The translations under genes were made by a program, and so were the position numbers. A stretch of 64,000 nt of DNA from Eledone cirrhosa (lineage: Eukaryota), in assembly GCA_964016885.1 (NCBI GenBank), contig OZ024741.1, positions 210,676,001-210,740,000 on the forward strand. Direction: 5' to 3'. This document shows, piece after piece, positions 27,971 through 40,380 of the stretch. Under the pieces are notes generated by a model that worked only from the letters and a program-made list of their open reading frames with translations, did not search any database and was not told where the DNA came from. Every line of letters starts with the position of its first letter. Positions within the stretch are counted from its first letter, which is position 1.

Positions 27971-30900
27971 GTCTCAGCCTCAGTTCACCTATCTCAACCA
28001 CAGTCCACTGTCTCAGCCTCAGTTCACCTATCTCAACCACAGTCCACTGTCTCAGCCTCAGTCCACTGTCTCAGCCTCAGTTCACCTATCTCAACCACAG
28101 TCCACTGTCTCAGCCTCAGTCCACTGTCTCAGCCACAGTCCACTGTCTCAGCCACAGTCCACTGTCTCAGCCTCAGTCCACTGTCTCAGCCACAGTCCAC
28201 TGTCTCAGTCTCAGTCCACTGTCTCAGCCTCAGTCCACCTATCTCAGCCACAGTCCACTGTCTCAACCACAGTCCACTGTCTCAGCCTCAGTTCACCTAT
28301 CTCAACCACAGTCCACTGTCTCAGCCTCAGTCCACTGTCTCAGCCACAGTCCACTGTCTCAGCCTCAGTCCACTGTCTCAGCCACAGTCCACCTATCTCA
28401 GCCACAGTCCACTGTCTCAGCCACAGTCCACCTATCTCAGCCACAGTCCACTGTCTCAGCCACAGTCCACCTATCTCAGCCACAGTCCACCTATCTCAGC
28501 CACAGTCCACTGTCTCAGCCACAGTCCACCTATCTCAGTCTCAGTCCACTGTCTCAGCCACAGTCCACTGTCTCAGTCTCAGTACACCTATCTCAGTCTC
28601 AGTCCACTGTCACAGCCACAGTCCACTGTCTCAGTCTCAGTCCACCTATCTCAGTCTCAGTCCACTGTCTCAGCCACAGTCCACCTATCTCAGCCACAGT
28701 CCACTGTCTCAGTCTCAGTCCACTGTCTCAGCCTCAGTCCACCTATCTCAACCACAGTCCACTGTCTCAGCCTCAGTTCACCTATCTCAGCCACAGTCCA
28801 CTGTCTCAGCCTCAGTCCACTGTCTCAGCCACAGTCCACTGTCTCAGCCTCAGTCCACTGTCTCAGCCTCAGTCCACCTATCTCAACCACAGTCCACTGT
28901 CTCAGCCACAGTCCACCTATCTCAGCCACAGTCCACTGTCTCAGCCTCAGTCCACTGTCTCAGCCACAGTCCACCTATCTCAGCCACAGTCCACTGTCTC
29001 AGCCACAGTCCACTGTCTCAGTCTCAGTCCACCTATCTCAGCCACAGTCCACTGTCTCAGCCACAGTCCACCTATCTCAGCCACAGTCCACCTATCTCAG
29101 CCACAGTCCACTGTCTCAGCCACAGTCCACCTATCTCAGTCTCAGTCCACTGTCTCAGCCACAGTCCACTGTCTCAGTCTCAGTCCACCTATCTCAGCCA
29201 CAGTCCACTGTCTCAGCCACAGTCCACCTATCTCAGCCACAGTCCACTGTCTCAGCCACATTCCACCTATCTCAGTCTCAGTCCACTGTCTCAGCCACAG
29301 TCCACTGTCTCAGTCTCAGTCCACCTATCTCAGCCACAGTCCACTGTCTCAGCCACAGTCCACCTATCTCAGCCACAGTCCACCTATCTCAGCCACAGTC
29401 CACCTATCTCACCCTCAGTCCACTGTCTCAGCCACAGTCCACCTATCTCAGCCTCAGTCCACTGTCTCAGCCTCAGTCCACTGTCTCAGCCTCAGTCCAC
29501 CTATCTCAGCCTCAGTCCACTGTCTCAGCCTCAGTCCACTGTCTCAGCCTCAGTCCACCTATCTCAGCCACAGTCCACTGTCTCACCCTCAGTCCACCGT
29601 CTCAGCCACAGTCCACTGTCTCAGCCACAGTCCACTGTCTCAGCCACAGTCCACTGTCTCAGCCACAGTCCACTGTCTCAGCCTCAGTTCACCTATCTCA
29701 ACCACAGTCCACTGTCTCAGCCTCAGTTCACCTATCTCAACCACAGTCCACTGTCTCAGCCTCAGTCCACTGTCTCAGCCTCAGTTCACCTATCTCAACC
29801 ACAGTCCACTGTCTCAGCCTCAGTCCACCTATCTCAGCCACAGTCCACTGTCTCAACCACAGTCCACTGTCTCAGCCTCAGTTCACCTATCTCAACCACA
29901 GTCCACTGTCTCAGCCTCAGTCCACTGTCTCAGCCACAGTCCACCTATCTCAGCCACAGTCCACTGTCTCAGCCACAGTCCACCTATCTCAGCCACAGTC
30001 CACTGTCTCAGCCACAGTCCACCTATCTCAACCACAGTCCACTGTCTCAGCCTCAGTTCACCTATCTCAGCCACAGTCCACTGTCTCAGCCTCAGTCCAC
30101 TGTCTCAGCCACAGTCCACCTATCTCAACCACAGTCCACTGTCTCAGCCACAGTCCACCTATCTCAGACACAGTCCACCTATCTCAGCCACAGTCCACTG
30201 TCTCAGCCACAGTCCACCTATCTCAGCGACAGTCCACCTATCTCAGCCACAGTCCACTGTCTCAGCCACAGTCCACCTATCTCAGTCTCAGTCCACTGTC
30301 TCAGCCACAGTCCACTGTCTCAGTCTCAGTCCACCTATCTCAGTCTCAGTCCGCTGTCTCAGCCACAGTCCACCTATCTCAGCCACAGTCCACTGTCTCA
30401 GTCTCAGTCCACCTATCTCAGCCACAGTCCACTGTCTCAGCCTCAGTCCACTGTCTCAGCCACAGTCCACTGTCTCAGCCTCAGTCCACTGTCTCAGCCT
30501 CAGTCCACCTATCTCAGCCACAGTCCACTGTCTCAGCCTCAGTCCACCTATCTCAGCCACAGTCCACTGTCTCAGCCACAGTCCACCTATCTCAGCCACA
30601 GTCCACTGTCTCAGCCTCAGTCCACTGTCTCAGCCACAGACCACCTATCTCAGTCTCAGTCCACTGTCTCAGCCACAGTCCACCTATCTCAGCCACAGTC
30701 CACTGTCTCAGCCACAGTCCACTGTCTCAGCCTCAGTCCACTGTCTCAGCCACAGACCACCTATCTCAGTCTCAGTCCACTGTCTCAGCCACAGTCCACT
30801 GTCTCAGCCACAGTCCACCTATCTCAGCCACAGTCCACTGTCTCAGCCACAGTCCACCTATCTCAGCCACAGTCCACTGTCTCAGCCACAGTCCACCTAT

Positions 30901-31599
30901 CTCAGCCACAGTCCACTATCTCTGCCTCAGTCCACTGTCTCAGCCACAGACCACCTATCTCAGTCTCAGTCCACTGTCTCAGCCACAGTCCACTGTCTCA
31001 GTCTCAGTCCACTGTCTCAGCCACAGTCCACCTATCTCAGCCACAGTCCACCTATCTCAGCCACAGTCCACTGTCTCAGCCACAGTCCACTGTCTCAGCC
31101 TCAGTCCACTGTCTCAGCCACAGTCCACCTATCTCAGCCACAGTCCACTGTCTCAGCCACAGTCCACTGTCTCAGTCTCAGTCCACCTATCTCAGCCACG
31201 GTCCACTGTCTCAGCCACAGTCCACCTATCTCAGCCACAGTCCACCTATCTCAGCCACAGTCCACTGTCTCAGCCACAGTCCACTGTCTCAGTCTCAGTC
31301 CACCTATCTCAGCCACAGTCCACTGTCTCAGCCACAGTCCACCTATCTCAGCCACAGTCCACCTATCTCAGCCACAGTCCACTGTCTCAGCCACAGACCA
31401 CCTATCTCAGCCACAGTCCACTGTCTCAGCCTCAGTCCACTGTCTCAGCCACAGTCCACCTATCTCAGCCACAGTCCACTGTCTCAGTCTCAGTCCACCT
31501 ATCTCAGCCACAGTCCACTGTCTCAGCCACAGTCCACCTATCTCAGCCACAGTCCACCTATCTCAGCCACAGTCCACTGTCTCAGCCACAGTCCACCTA

Positions 31600-34500
31600 T
31601 CTCAGTCTCAGTCCACTGTCTCAGCCACAGTCCACTGTCTCAGCCACAGTCCACTGTCTCAGTCTCAGTCCACCTATGTCAGCCACAGTCCACTGTCTCA
31701 GCCACAGTCCACATATCTCAGTCTCAGTCCACTGTCTCAGCCACAGTCCACTGTCTCAGTCTCAGTCCACCTATCTCAGCCACAGTCCACTGTCTCAGTC
31801 TCAGTCCACCTATCTCAGTCTCAGTCCACCTATCTCAGCCACAGTCCACCTATCTCAGCCACAGTCCACCTATCTCAGCCACAGTCCACTGTCTCAGCCA
31901 CAGTCCACTGTCTCAGTCTCAGTCCACTTATCTCAGCCACAGTCCACCTATCTCAGCCACAGTCCACTGTCTCAGCCTCAGTCCACCGTCTCAGCCACAG
32001 TCCACTGTCTCAGCCACAGTCCACTGTCTCAGTCTCAGTCCACCTATCTCAGCCACAGTCCACTGTCTCAGCCACAGTCCACCTATCTCAGCCACAGTCC
32101 ACCTATCTCAGCCACAGTCCACTGTCTCAGCCTCAGTCCACCTATCTCAGCCACAGTCCACCTATCTCAGCCTCAGTCCACTGTCTCAGCCTCAGTCCAC
32201 CTATCTCAGCCACAGTCCACTGTCTCAGCCACAGTCCACTGTCTCAGCCACAGTCCACCTATCTCAGCCACAGTCCACTGTCTCAGCCACAGTCCACTGT
32301 CTCAGCCTCAGTCCACCTATCTCAGCCACAGTCCACTGTCTCAGCCTCAGTCCACTGTCTCAGCCACAGTCCACCTATCTCAGCCACAGTCCACTGTCTC
32401 AGCCACAGTCCACTGTCTCAGTCTCAGTCCACCTATCTCAGCCACAGTCCACTGTCTCAGCCACAGTCCACCTATCTCAGCCACAGTCCACCTATCTCAG
32501 CCACAGTCCACTGTCTCAGCCACAGTCCACCTATCTCAGTCTCAGTCCACTGTCTCAGCCACAGTCCACTGTCTCAGTCTCAGTCCACCTATCTCAGCCA
32601 CAGTCCACTGTCTCAGCCACAGTCCACCTATCTCAGCCACAGTCCACTGTCTCAGCCACAGTCCACCTATCTCAGTCTCAGTCCACTGTCTCAGCCACAG
32701 TCCACTGTCTCAGTCTCAGTCCACCTATCTCAGCCACAGTCCACTGTCTCAGCCACAGTCCACCTATCTCAGCCACAGTCCACTGTCTCAGCCACAGTCC
32801 ACCTATCTCAGCCACAGTCCACTGTGTCAGCCACAGACCACCTATCTCAGTCTCAGTCCACTGTCTCAGCCACAGTCCACTGTCTCAGTCTCAGTCCACC
32901 TATCTCAGTCTCAGTCCACTGTCTCAGCCACAGTCCACTGTCTCAGCCTCAGTCCACTGTCTCAGCCACAGTCCACCTATCTCAGCCACAGTCCACTGTC
33001 TCAGCCTCAGTCCACTGTCTCAGCGACAGTCCACCTATCTCAGCCACAGTCCACCTATCTCAGCCACAGTCCACTGTCTCAGCCACAGTCCACTGTCTCA
33101 GCCTCAGTCCACTGTCTCAGCCACAGTCCACCTATCTCAGCCACAGTCCACTGTCTCAGCCACAGTCCACTGTCTCAGCTTCAGTCCACCTATCTCAGCC
33201 ACAGTCCACTGTCTCAGCCTCAGTCCACTGTCTCAGCCACAGTCCACTGTCTCAGCCTCAGTCCACTGTCTCAGCCTCAGTCCACCTATCTCAGCCACAG
33301 TCCACTGTCTCAGCCACAGTCCACCTATCTCAGCCACAGTCCACCTATCTCAGCCACAGTCCACTGTCTCAGCCACAGTCCACCTATCTCAGTCTCACTC
33401 CACCTATCGCAGCCTCAGTCCACTGTCTCAGCCTCAGTCCACTGTCTCAGCCACAGTCCACTGTCTCAGTCTCAGTCCACCTATCTCAGCCACAGTCCAC
33501 CTATCTCAGCCACAGTCCACTGTCTCAGCCTCAGTCCACTGTCTCAGCCACAGTCCACTGTCTCAGTCTCAGTCCACTGTCTCAGTCTCAGTGCACCTAT
33601 CGCAGCCTCAGCCAACTGTCTCAGCCACAGTCCACTGTCTCAGCCACAGTCCACTGTCTCAGCCTCAGTCCACCGTCTCAGCCACAGTCCACCTATCTCA
33701 GTCTCAGTCCACTGTCTCAGTCTCAGTCCACCTATCTCAGCCACAGTCCACTGTCTCAGCCTCAGTCCACCTATCTCAGTCTCAGTCCACTGTCTCAGTC
33801 TCAGTCCACCTATCTCAGCCACAGTCCACTGTCTCAGCCACAGTCCACCTATCTCAGCCACAGTCCACTGTCTCAGCCTCAGTCCACCTATCTCAGCCAC
33901 AGTCCACCTATCTCAGCCTCAGTCCATCTATCTCAGCCACAGTCCACTGTCTCAGCCTCAGTCCACCTATCTCAGCCACAGTCCACTGTCTCAGCCTCAG
34001 TCCACTGTCTCAGCCACAGTCCACTGGCTCAGCCTAAGTCCACTGTCTCAGCCTCAGTCCACCTATCTCAGCCACAGTCCACTGTCTCAGCCACAGTCCA
34101 CTGTCTCAGCCACAGTCCACTGTCTCAGCCTCAGTCCACTGTCTCAGCCACAGTCCACCTATCTCAGCCACAGTCCACTGTCTCAGCCTCAGTCCACTGT
34201 CTCATCCTCAGTCCACTGTCTCAGCCTCAGTCCACCTATCTCAGCCACAGTCCACTGTCTCAGCCACAGTCCACTGTCTCAGCCACAGTCCACTGTCTCA
34301 GCCTCAGTCCACTGTCTCAGCCACAGTCCACCTATCTCAGCCACAGTCCACTGTCTCTGCCACAGTCCACTGTCTCAGCCACAGTCCACTGTCTCAGCCT
34401 CAGTCCACTGTCTCAGCCTCAGTCCACCTATCTCAGCCACAGTCCACTGTCTCAGCCACAGTCCACTGTCTCAGCCACAGTCCACTGTCTCAGCCTCAGT

Positions 34501-37500
34501 CCACTGTCTCAGCCACAGTCCACCTATCTCAGCCACAGTCCACTGTCTCAGCCTCAGTCCACTGTCTCAGCCACAGTCCACCTATCTCAGCCACAGTCCA
34601 CTGTCTCAGCCACAGTCCACTGTCTCAGCCACAGTCCACTGTCTCAGCCTCAGTCCACTGTCTAAGTCTCAGTCCACCTATCTCAGCCACAGTCCACTGT
34701 CTCAGCCTCAGTCCACCTATCTCAGCCACAGTCCACTGTCTCAGCCTCAGTCCACCTATCTCAGCCACAGTCCACTGTCTCAGCCACAGTCCACTGTCTC
34801 AGCCACAGTCCACTGTCTCAGCCTCAGTCCACTGTCTCAGCCACAGTCCACCTATCTCAGCCACAGTCCACTGTCTCAGCCTCAGTCCACTGTCTCAGCC
34901 ACAGTCCACCTATCTCAGCCACAGTCCACTGTCTCAGCCTCAGTCCACCTATCTCAGCCACAGTCCACCTATCTCAGCCTCAGTCCATCTATCTCAGCCA
35001 CAGTCCACTGTCTCAGCCTCAGTCCACCTATCTCAGCCACAGTCCACTGTCTCAGCCTCAGTCCACTGTCTCAGCCACAGTCCACTGGCTCAGCCTAAGT
35101 CCACTGTCTCAGCCTCAGTCCACCTATCTCAGCCACAGTCCACTGTCTCAGCCACAGTCCACTGTCTCAGCCACAGTCCACTGTCTCAGCCTCAGTCCAC
35201 TGTCTCAGCCACAGTCCACCTATCTCAGCCACAGTCCACTGTCTCAGCCTCAGTCCACTGTCTCATCCTCAGTCCACTGTCTCAGCCTCAGTCCACCTAT
35301 CTCAGCCACAGTCCACTGTCTCAGCCACAGTCCACTGTCTCAGCCACAGTCCACTGTCTCAGCCTCAGTCCACTGTCTCAGCCACAGTCCACCTATCTCA
35401 GCCACAGTCCACTGTCTCTGCCACAGTCCACTGTCTCAGCCACAGTCCACTGTCTCAGCCTCAGTCCACTGTCTCAGCCTCAGTCCACCTATCTCAGCCA
35501 CAGTCCACTGTCTCAGCCACAGTCCACTGTCTCAGCCACAGTCCACTGTCTCAGCCTCAGTCCACTGTCTCAGCCACAGTCCACCTATCTCAGCCACAGT
35601 CCACTGTCTCAGCCTCAGTCCACTGTCTCAGCCACAGTCCACCTATCTCAGCCACAGTCCACTGTCTCAGCCACAGTCCACTGTCTCAGCCACAGTCCAC
35701 TGTCTCAGCCTCAGTCCACTGTCTCAGTCTCAGTCCACCTATCTCAGCCACAGTCCACTGTCTCAGCCTCAGTCCACCTATCTCAGCCACAGTCCACTGT
35801 CTCAGCCTCAGTCCACCTATCTCAGCCACAGTCCACTGTCTCAGCCACAGTCCACCGTCTCAGCCACAGTCCACTGTCTCAGCCTCAGTCCACTGTCTCA
35901 GCCACAGTCCACCTATCTCAGCCACAGTCCACTGTCTCAGCCTCAGTCCACTGTCTCAGCCACAGTCCACCTATCTCAGCCACAGTCCACTATCTCAGCC
36001 ACAGTCCACTGTCTCAGCCACAGTCCACTGTCTCAGCCTCAGTCCACTGTCTCAGCCTCAGTCCACTGTCTCAGCCACAGTCCACCTATCTCAGCCTCAG
36101 TCCACTGTCTCAGCCTCAGTCCACCTATCTCAGCCACAGTCCACTGTCTCAGCCACAGTCCACTGTCTCAGCCACAGTCCACCTATCTCAGCCACAGTCC
36201 ACTGTCTCAGCCACAGTCCACTGTCTCAGCCACAGTCCACCTATCTCAGCCACAGTCCACTGTCTCAGCCACAGTCCACTGTCTCAGCCTCAGTCCACCT
36301 ATCTCAGCCACAGTCCACTGTCTCAGCCTCAGTCCACTGTCTCAGCCACAGTCCACCTATCTCAGCCACAGTCCACTGTCTCAGCCACAGTCCACTGTCT
36401 CAGTCTCAGTCCACCTATCTCAGCCACAGTCCACTGTCTCAGCCACAGTCCACCTATCTCAGCCACAGTCCACCTATCTCAGCCACAGTCCACTGTCTCA
36501 GCCACAGTCCACCTATCTCAGTCTCAGTCCACTGTCTCAGCCACAGTCCACTGTCTCAGTCTCAGTCCACCTATCTCAGCCACAGTCCACTGTCTCAGCC
36601 ACAGTCCACCTATCTCAGCCACAGTCCACTGTCTCAGCCACAGTCCACCTATCTCAGTCTCAGTCCACTGTCTCAGCCACAGTCCACTGTCTCAGTCTCA
36701 GTCCACCTATCTCAGCCACAGTCCACTGTCTCAGCCACAGTCCACCTATCTCAGCCACAGTCCACTGTCTCAGCCACAGTCCACCTATCTCAGCCACAGT
36801 CCACTGTCTCAGCCACAGACCACCTATCTCAGTCTCAGTCCACTGTCTCAGCCACAGTCCACTGTCTCAGTCTCAGTCCACCTATCTCAGTCTCAGTCCA
36901 CTGTCTCAGCCACAGTCCACTGTCTCAGCCTCAGTCCACTGTCTCAGCCACAGTCCACCTATCTCAGCCACAGTCCACTGTCTCAGCCACAGTCCACCTA
37001 TCTCAGCCACTGTCCACTGTCTCAGCCTCAGTCCACTGTCTCAGCGACAGTCCACCTATCTCAGCCACAGTCCACCTATCTCAGCCACAGTCCACCTATC
37101 TCAGCCACAGTCCACTGTCTCAGCCACAGTCCACTGTCTCAGCCTCAGTCCACTGTCTCAGCCACAGTCCACCTATCTCAGCCACAGTCCACTGTCTCAG
37201 CCACAGTCCACTGTCTCAGCCTCAGTCCACCTATCTCAGCCACAGTCCACTGTCTCAGCCTCAGTCCACTGTCTCAGCCACAGTCCACTGTCTCAGCCTC
37301 AGTCCACTGTCTCAGCCTCAGTCCACCTATCTCAGCCACAGTCCACTGTCTCAGCCACAGTCCACCTATCTCAGCCACAGTCCACCTATCTCAGCCACAG
37401 TCCACTGTCTCAGCCACAGTCCACCTATCTCAGTCTCACTCCACCTATCGCAGCCTCAGTCCACTGTCTCAGCCTCAGTCCACTGTCTCAGCCACAGTCC

Positions 37501-40380
37501 ACTGTCTCAGTCTCAGTCCACCTATCTCAGCCACAGTCCACCTATCTCAGCCACAGTCCACTGTCTCAGCCTCAGTCCACTGTCTCAGCCACAGTCCACT
37601 GTCTCAGTCTCAGTCCACTGTCTCAGTCTCAGTGCACCTATCGCAGCCTCAGTCCACTGTCTCAGCCACAGTCCACTGTCTCAGCCACAGTCCACTGTCT
37701 CAGTCTCAGTCCACTTATCTCAGCCACAGTCCAGCTATCTCAGCCACAGTCCACTGTCTCAGCCTCAGTCCACCGTCTCAGCCACAGTCCACCTATCTCA
37801 GTCTCAGTCCACTGTCTCAGTCTCAGTCCACCTATCTCAGCCACAGTCCACTGTCTCAGCCTCAGTCCACCTATCTCAGTCTCAGTCCACTGTCTCAGTC
37901 TCAGTCCACCTATCTCAGCCACAGTCCACTGTCTCAGCCACAGTCCACCTATCTCAGCCACAGTCCACTGTCTCAGCCTCAGTCCACCTATCTCAGCCAC
38001 AGTCCACCTATCTCAGCCTCAGTCCATCTATCTCAGCCACAGTCCACTGTCTCAGCCTCAGTCCACCTATCTCAGCCACAGTCCACTGTCTCAGCCTCAG
38101 TCCACTGTCTCAGCCACAGTCCACTGGCTCAGCCTAAGTCCACTGTCTCAGCCTCAGTCCACCTATCTCAGCCACAGTCCACTGTCTCAGCCACAGTCCA
38201 CTGTCTCAGCCACAGTCCACTGTCTCAGCCTCAGTCCACTGTCTCAGCCACAGTCCACCTATCTCAGCCACAGTCCACTGTCTCAGCCTCAGTCCACTGT
38301 CTCATCCTCAGTCCACTGTCTCAGCCTCAGTCCACCTATCTCAGCCACAGTCCACTGTCTCAGCCACAGTCCACTGTCTCAGCCACAGTCCACTGTCTCA
38401 GCCTCAGTCCACTGTCTCAGCCACAGTCCACCTATCTCAGCCACAGTCCACTGTCTCTGCCACAGTCCACTGTCTCAGCCACAGTCCACTGTCTCAGCCT
38501 CAGTCCACTGTCTCAGCCTCAGTCCACCTATCTCAGCCACAGTCCACTGTCTCAGCCACAGTCCACTGTCTCAGCCACAGTCCACTGTCTCAGCCTCAGT
38601 CCACTGTCTCAGCCACAGTCCACCTATCTCAGCCACAGTCCACTGTCTCAGCCTCAGTCCACTGTCTCAGCCACAGTCCACCTATCTCAGCCACAGTCCA
38701 CTGTCTCAGCCACAGTCCACTGTCTCAGCCACAGTCCACTGTCTCAGCCTCAGTCCACTGTCTAAGTCTCAGTCCACCTATCTCAGCCACAGTCCACTGT
38801 CTCAGCCTCAGTCCACCTATCTCAGCCACAGTCCACTGTCTCAGCCTCAGTCCACCTATCTCAGCCACAGTCCACTGTCTCAGCCACAGTCCACTGTCTC
38901 AGCCACAGTCCACTGTCTCAGCCTCAGTCCACTGTCTCAGCCACAGTCCACCTATCTCAGCCACAGTCCACTGTCTCAGCCTCAGTCCACTGTCTCAGCC
39001 ACAGTCCACCTATCTCAGCCACAGTCCACTGTCTCAGCCTCAGTCCACCTATCTCAGCCACAGTCCACCTATCTCAGCCTCAGTCCATCTATCTCAGCCA
39101 CAGTCCACTGTCTCAGCCTCAGTCCACCTATCTCAGCCACAGTCCACTGTCTCAGCCTCAGTCCACTGTCTCAGCCACAGTCCACTGGCTCAGCCTAAGT
39201 CCACTGTCTCAGCCTCAGTCCACCTATCTCAGCCACAGTCCACTGTCTCAGCCACAGTCCACTGTCTCAGCCACAGTCCACTGTCTCAGCCTCAGTCCAC
39301 TGTCTCAGCCACAGTCCACCTATCTCAGCCACAGTCCACTGTCTCAGCCTCAGTCCACTGTCTCATCCTCAGTCCACTGTCTCAGCCTCAGTCCACCTAT
39401 CTCAGCCACAGTCCACTGTCTCAGCCACAGTCCACTGTCTCAGCCACAGTCCACTGTCTCAGCCTCAGTCCACTGTCTCAGCCACAGTCCACCTATCTCA
39501 GCCACAGTCCACTGTCTCTGCCACAGTCCACTGTCTCAGCCACAGTCCACTGTCTCAGCCTCAGTCCACTGTCTCAGCCTCAGTCCACCTATCTCAGCCA
39601 CAGTCCACTGTCTCAGCCACAGTCCACTGTCTCAGCCACAGTCCACTGTCTCAGCCTCAGTCCACTGTCTCAGCCACAGTCCACCTATCTCAGCCACAGT
39701 CCACTGTCTCAGCCTCAGTCCACTGTCTCAGCCACAGTCCACCTATCTCAGCCACAGTCCACTGTCTCAGCCACAGTCCACTGTCTCAGCCACAGTCCAC
39801 TGTCTCAGCCTCAGTCCACTGTCTCAGTCTCAGTCCACCTATCTCAGCCACAGTCCACTGTCTCAGCCTCAGTCCACCTATCTCAGCCACAGTCCACTGT
39901 CTCAGCCTCAGTCCACCTATCTCAGCCACAGTCCACTGTCTCAGCCACAGTCCACCGTCTCAGCCACAGTCCACTGTCTCAGCCTCAGTCCACTGTCTCA
40001 GCCACAGTCCACCTATCTCAGCCACAGTCCACTGTCTCAGCCTCAGTCCACTGTCTCAGCCACAGTCCACCTATCTCAGCCACAGTCCACTGTCTCAGCC
40101 ACAGTCCACTGTCTCAGCCACAGTCCACTGTCTCAGCCTCAGTCCACTGTCTCAGCCTCAGTCCACTGTCTCAGTCTCAGTCCACCTATCTCAGCCACAG
40201 TCCACTGTCTCAGCCTCAGTCCACCTATCTCAGCCACAGTCCACTGTCTCAGCCTCAGTCCACCTATCTCAGCCACAGTCCACTGTCTCAGCCACAGTCC
40301 ACTGTCTCAGCCACAGTCCACTGTCTCAGCCTCAGTCCACTGTCTCAGTCTCAGTCCACCTATCTCAGCCACAGTCCACT
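31600..40380. repeat. Middle array domain, mostly near-consensus monomers, dominated by a 4100-bp duplication
   Basis: It lacks the GTTCAC/CTCAAC variants and carries its own markers CACTGGCTCAGCCTAAG, GTCCATCTATC and GTGCACCTATCGCAG. Boundaries are approximate. Confidence 0.7.
32250..40160. repeat. 4100-bp duplication containing a nested 1061-bp duplication
   Basis: CCACTGGCTCAGCCTAAG at 34021, 35082, 38121 and 39182, TCTAAG at 34661/38761, and ORFs at 33640/37740. Confidence 0.9.

Larger units (their letters stand above)
1..31600. repeat. Left array domain, marked by the CCTCAGTTCACCTATCTCAACC variant and the TGTCTCACCCTCAGTCCACCGTC marker
   Basis: The CCTCAGTTCACCTATC variant is frequent from 41 to about 30060. 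The CACCCTCAG-CACCGTC marker occurs at 1045, 4881, 6427, 11542, 14157, 16133, 19135, 20839, 22543, 25626, 27875 and 29579, and was not seen afterwards. The right boundary is approximate. Confidence 0.8.

Noticed and set aside
2541-38000. Short minus-strand ORFs with VAEIGGLWLRQWT repeats
   Set aside because: They are runs of alternating A+B units (39 bp = 13 codons) that avoid TGA/TAG by phase. Their recurrence only reflects the block duplications.
34021-39200. Telomere-like hexamers (GCCTAA = TTAGGC on the minus strand; TGAGGC/TGTGGC)
   Set aside because: GCCTAA comes from one point variant copied four times. There are no tandem telomeric runs and no GGG tracts for canonical G-quadruplexes.
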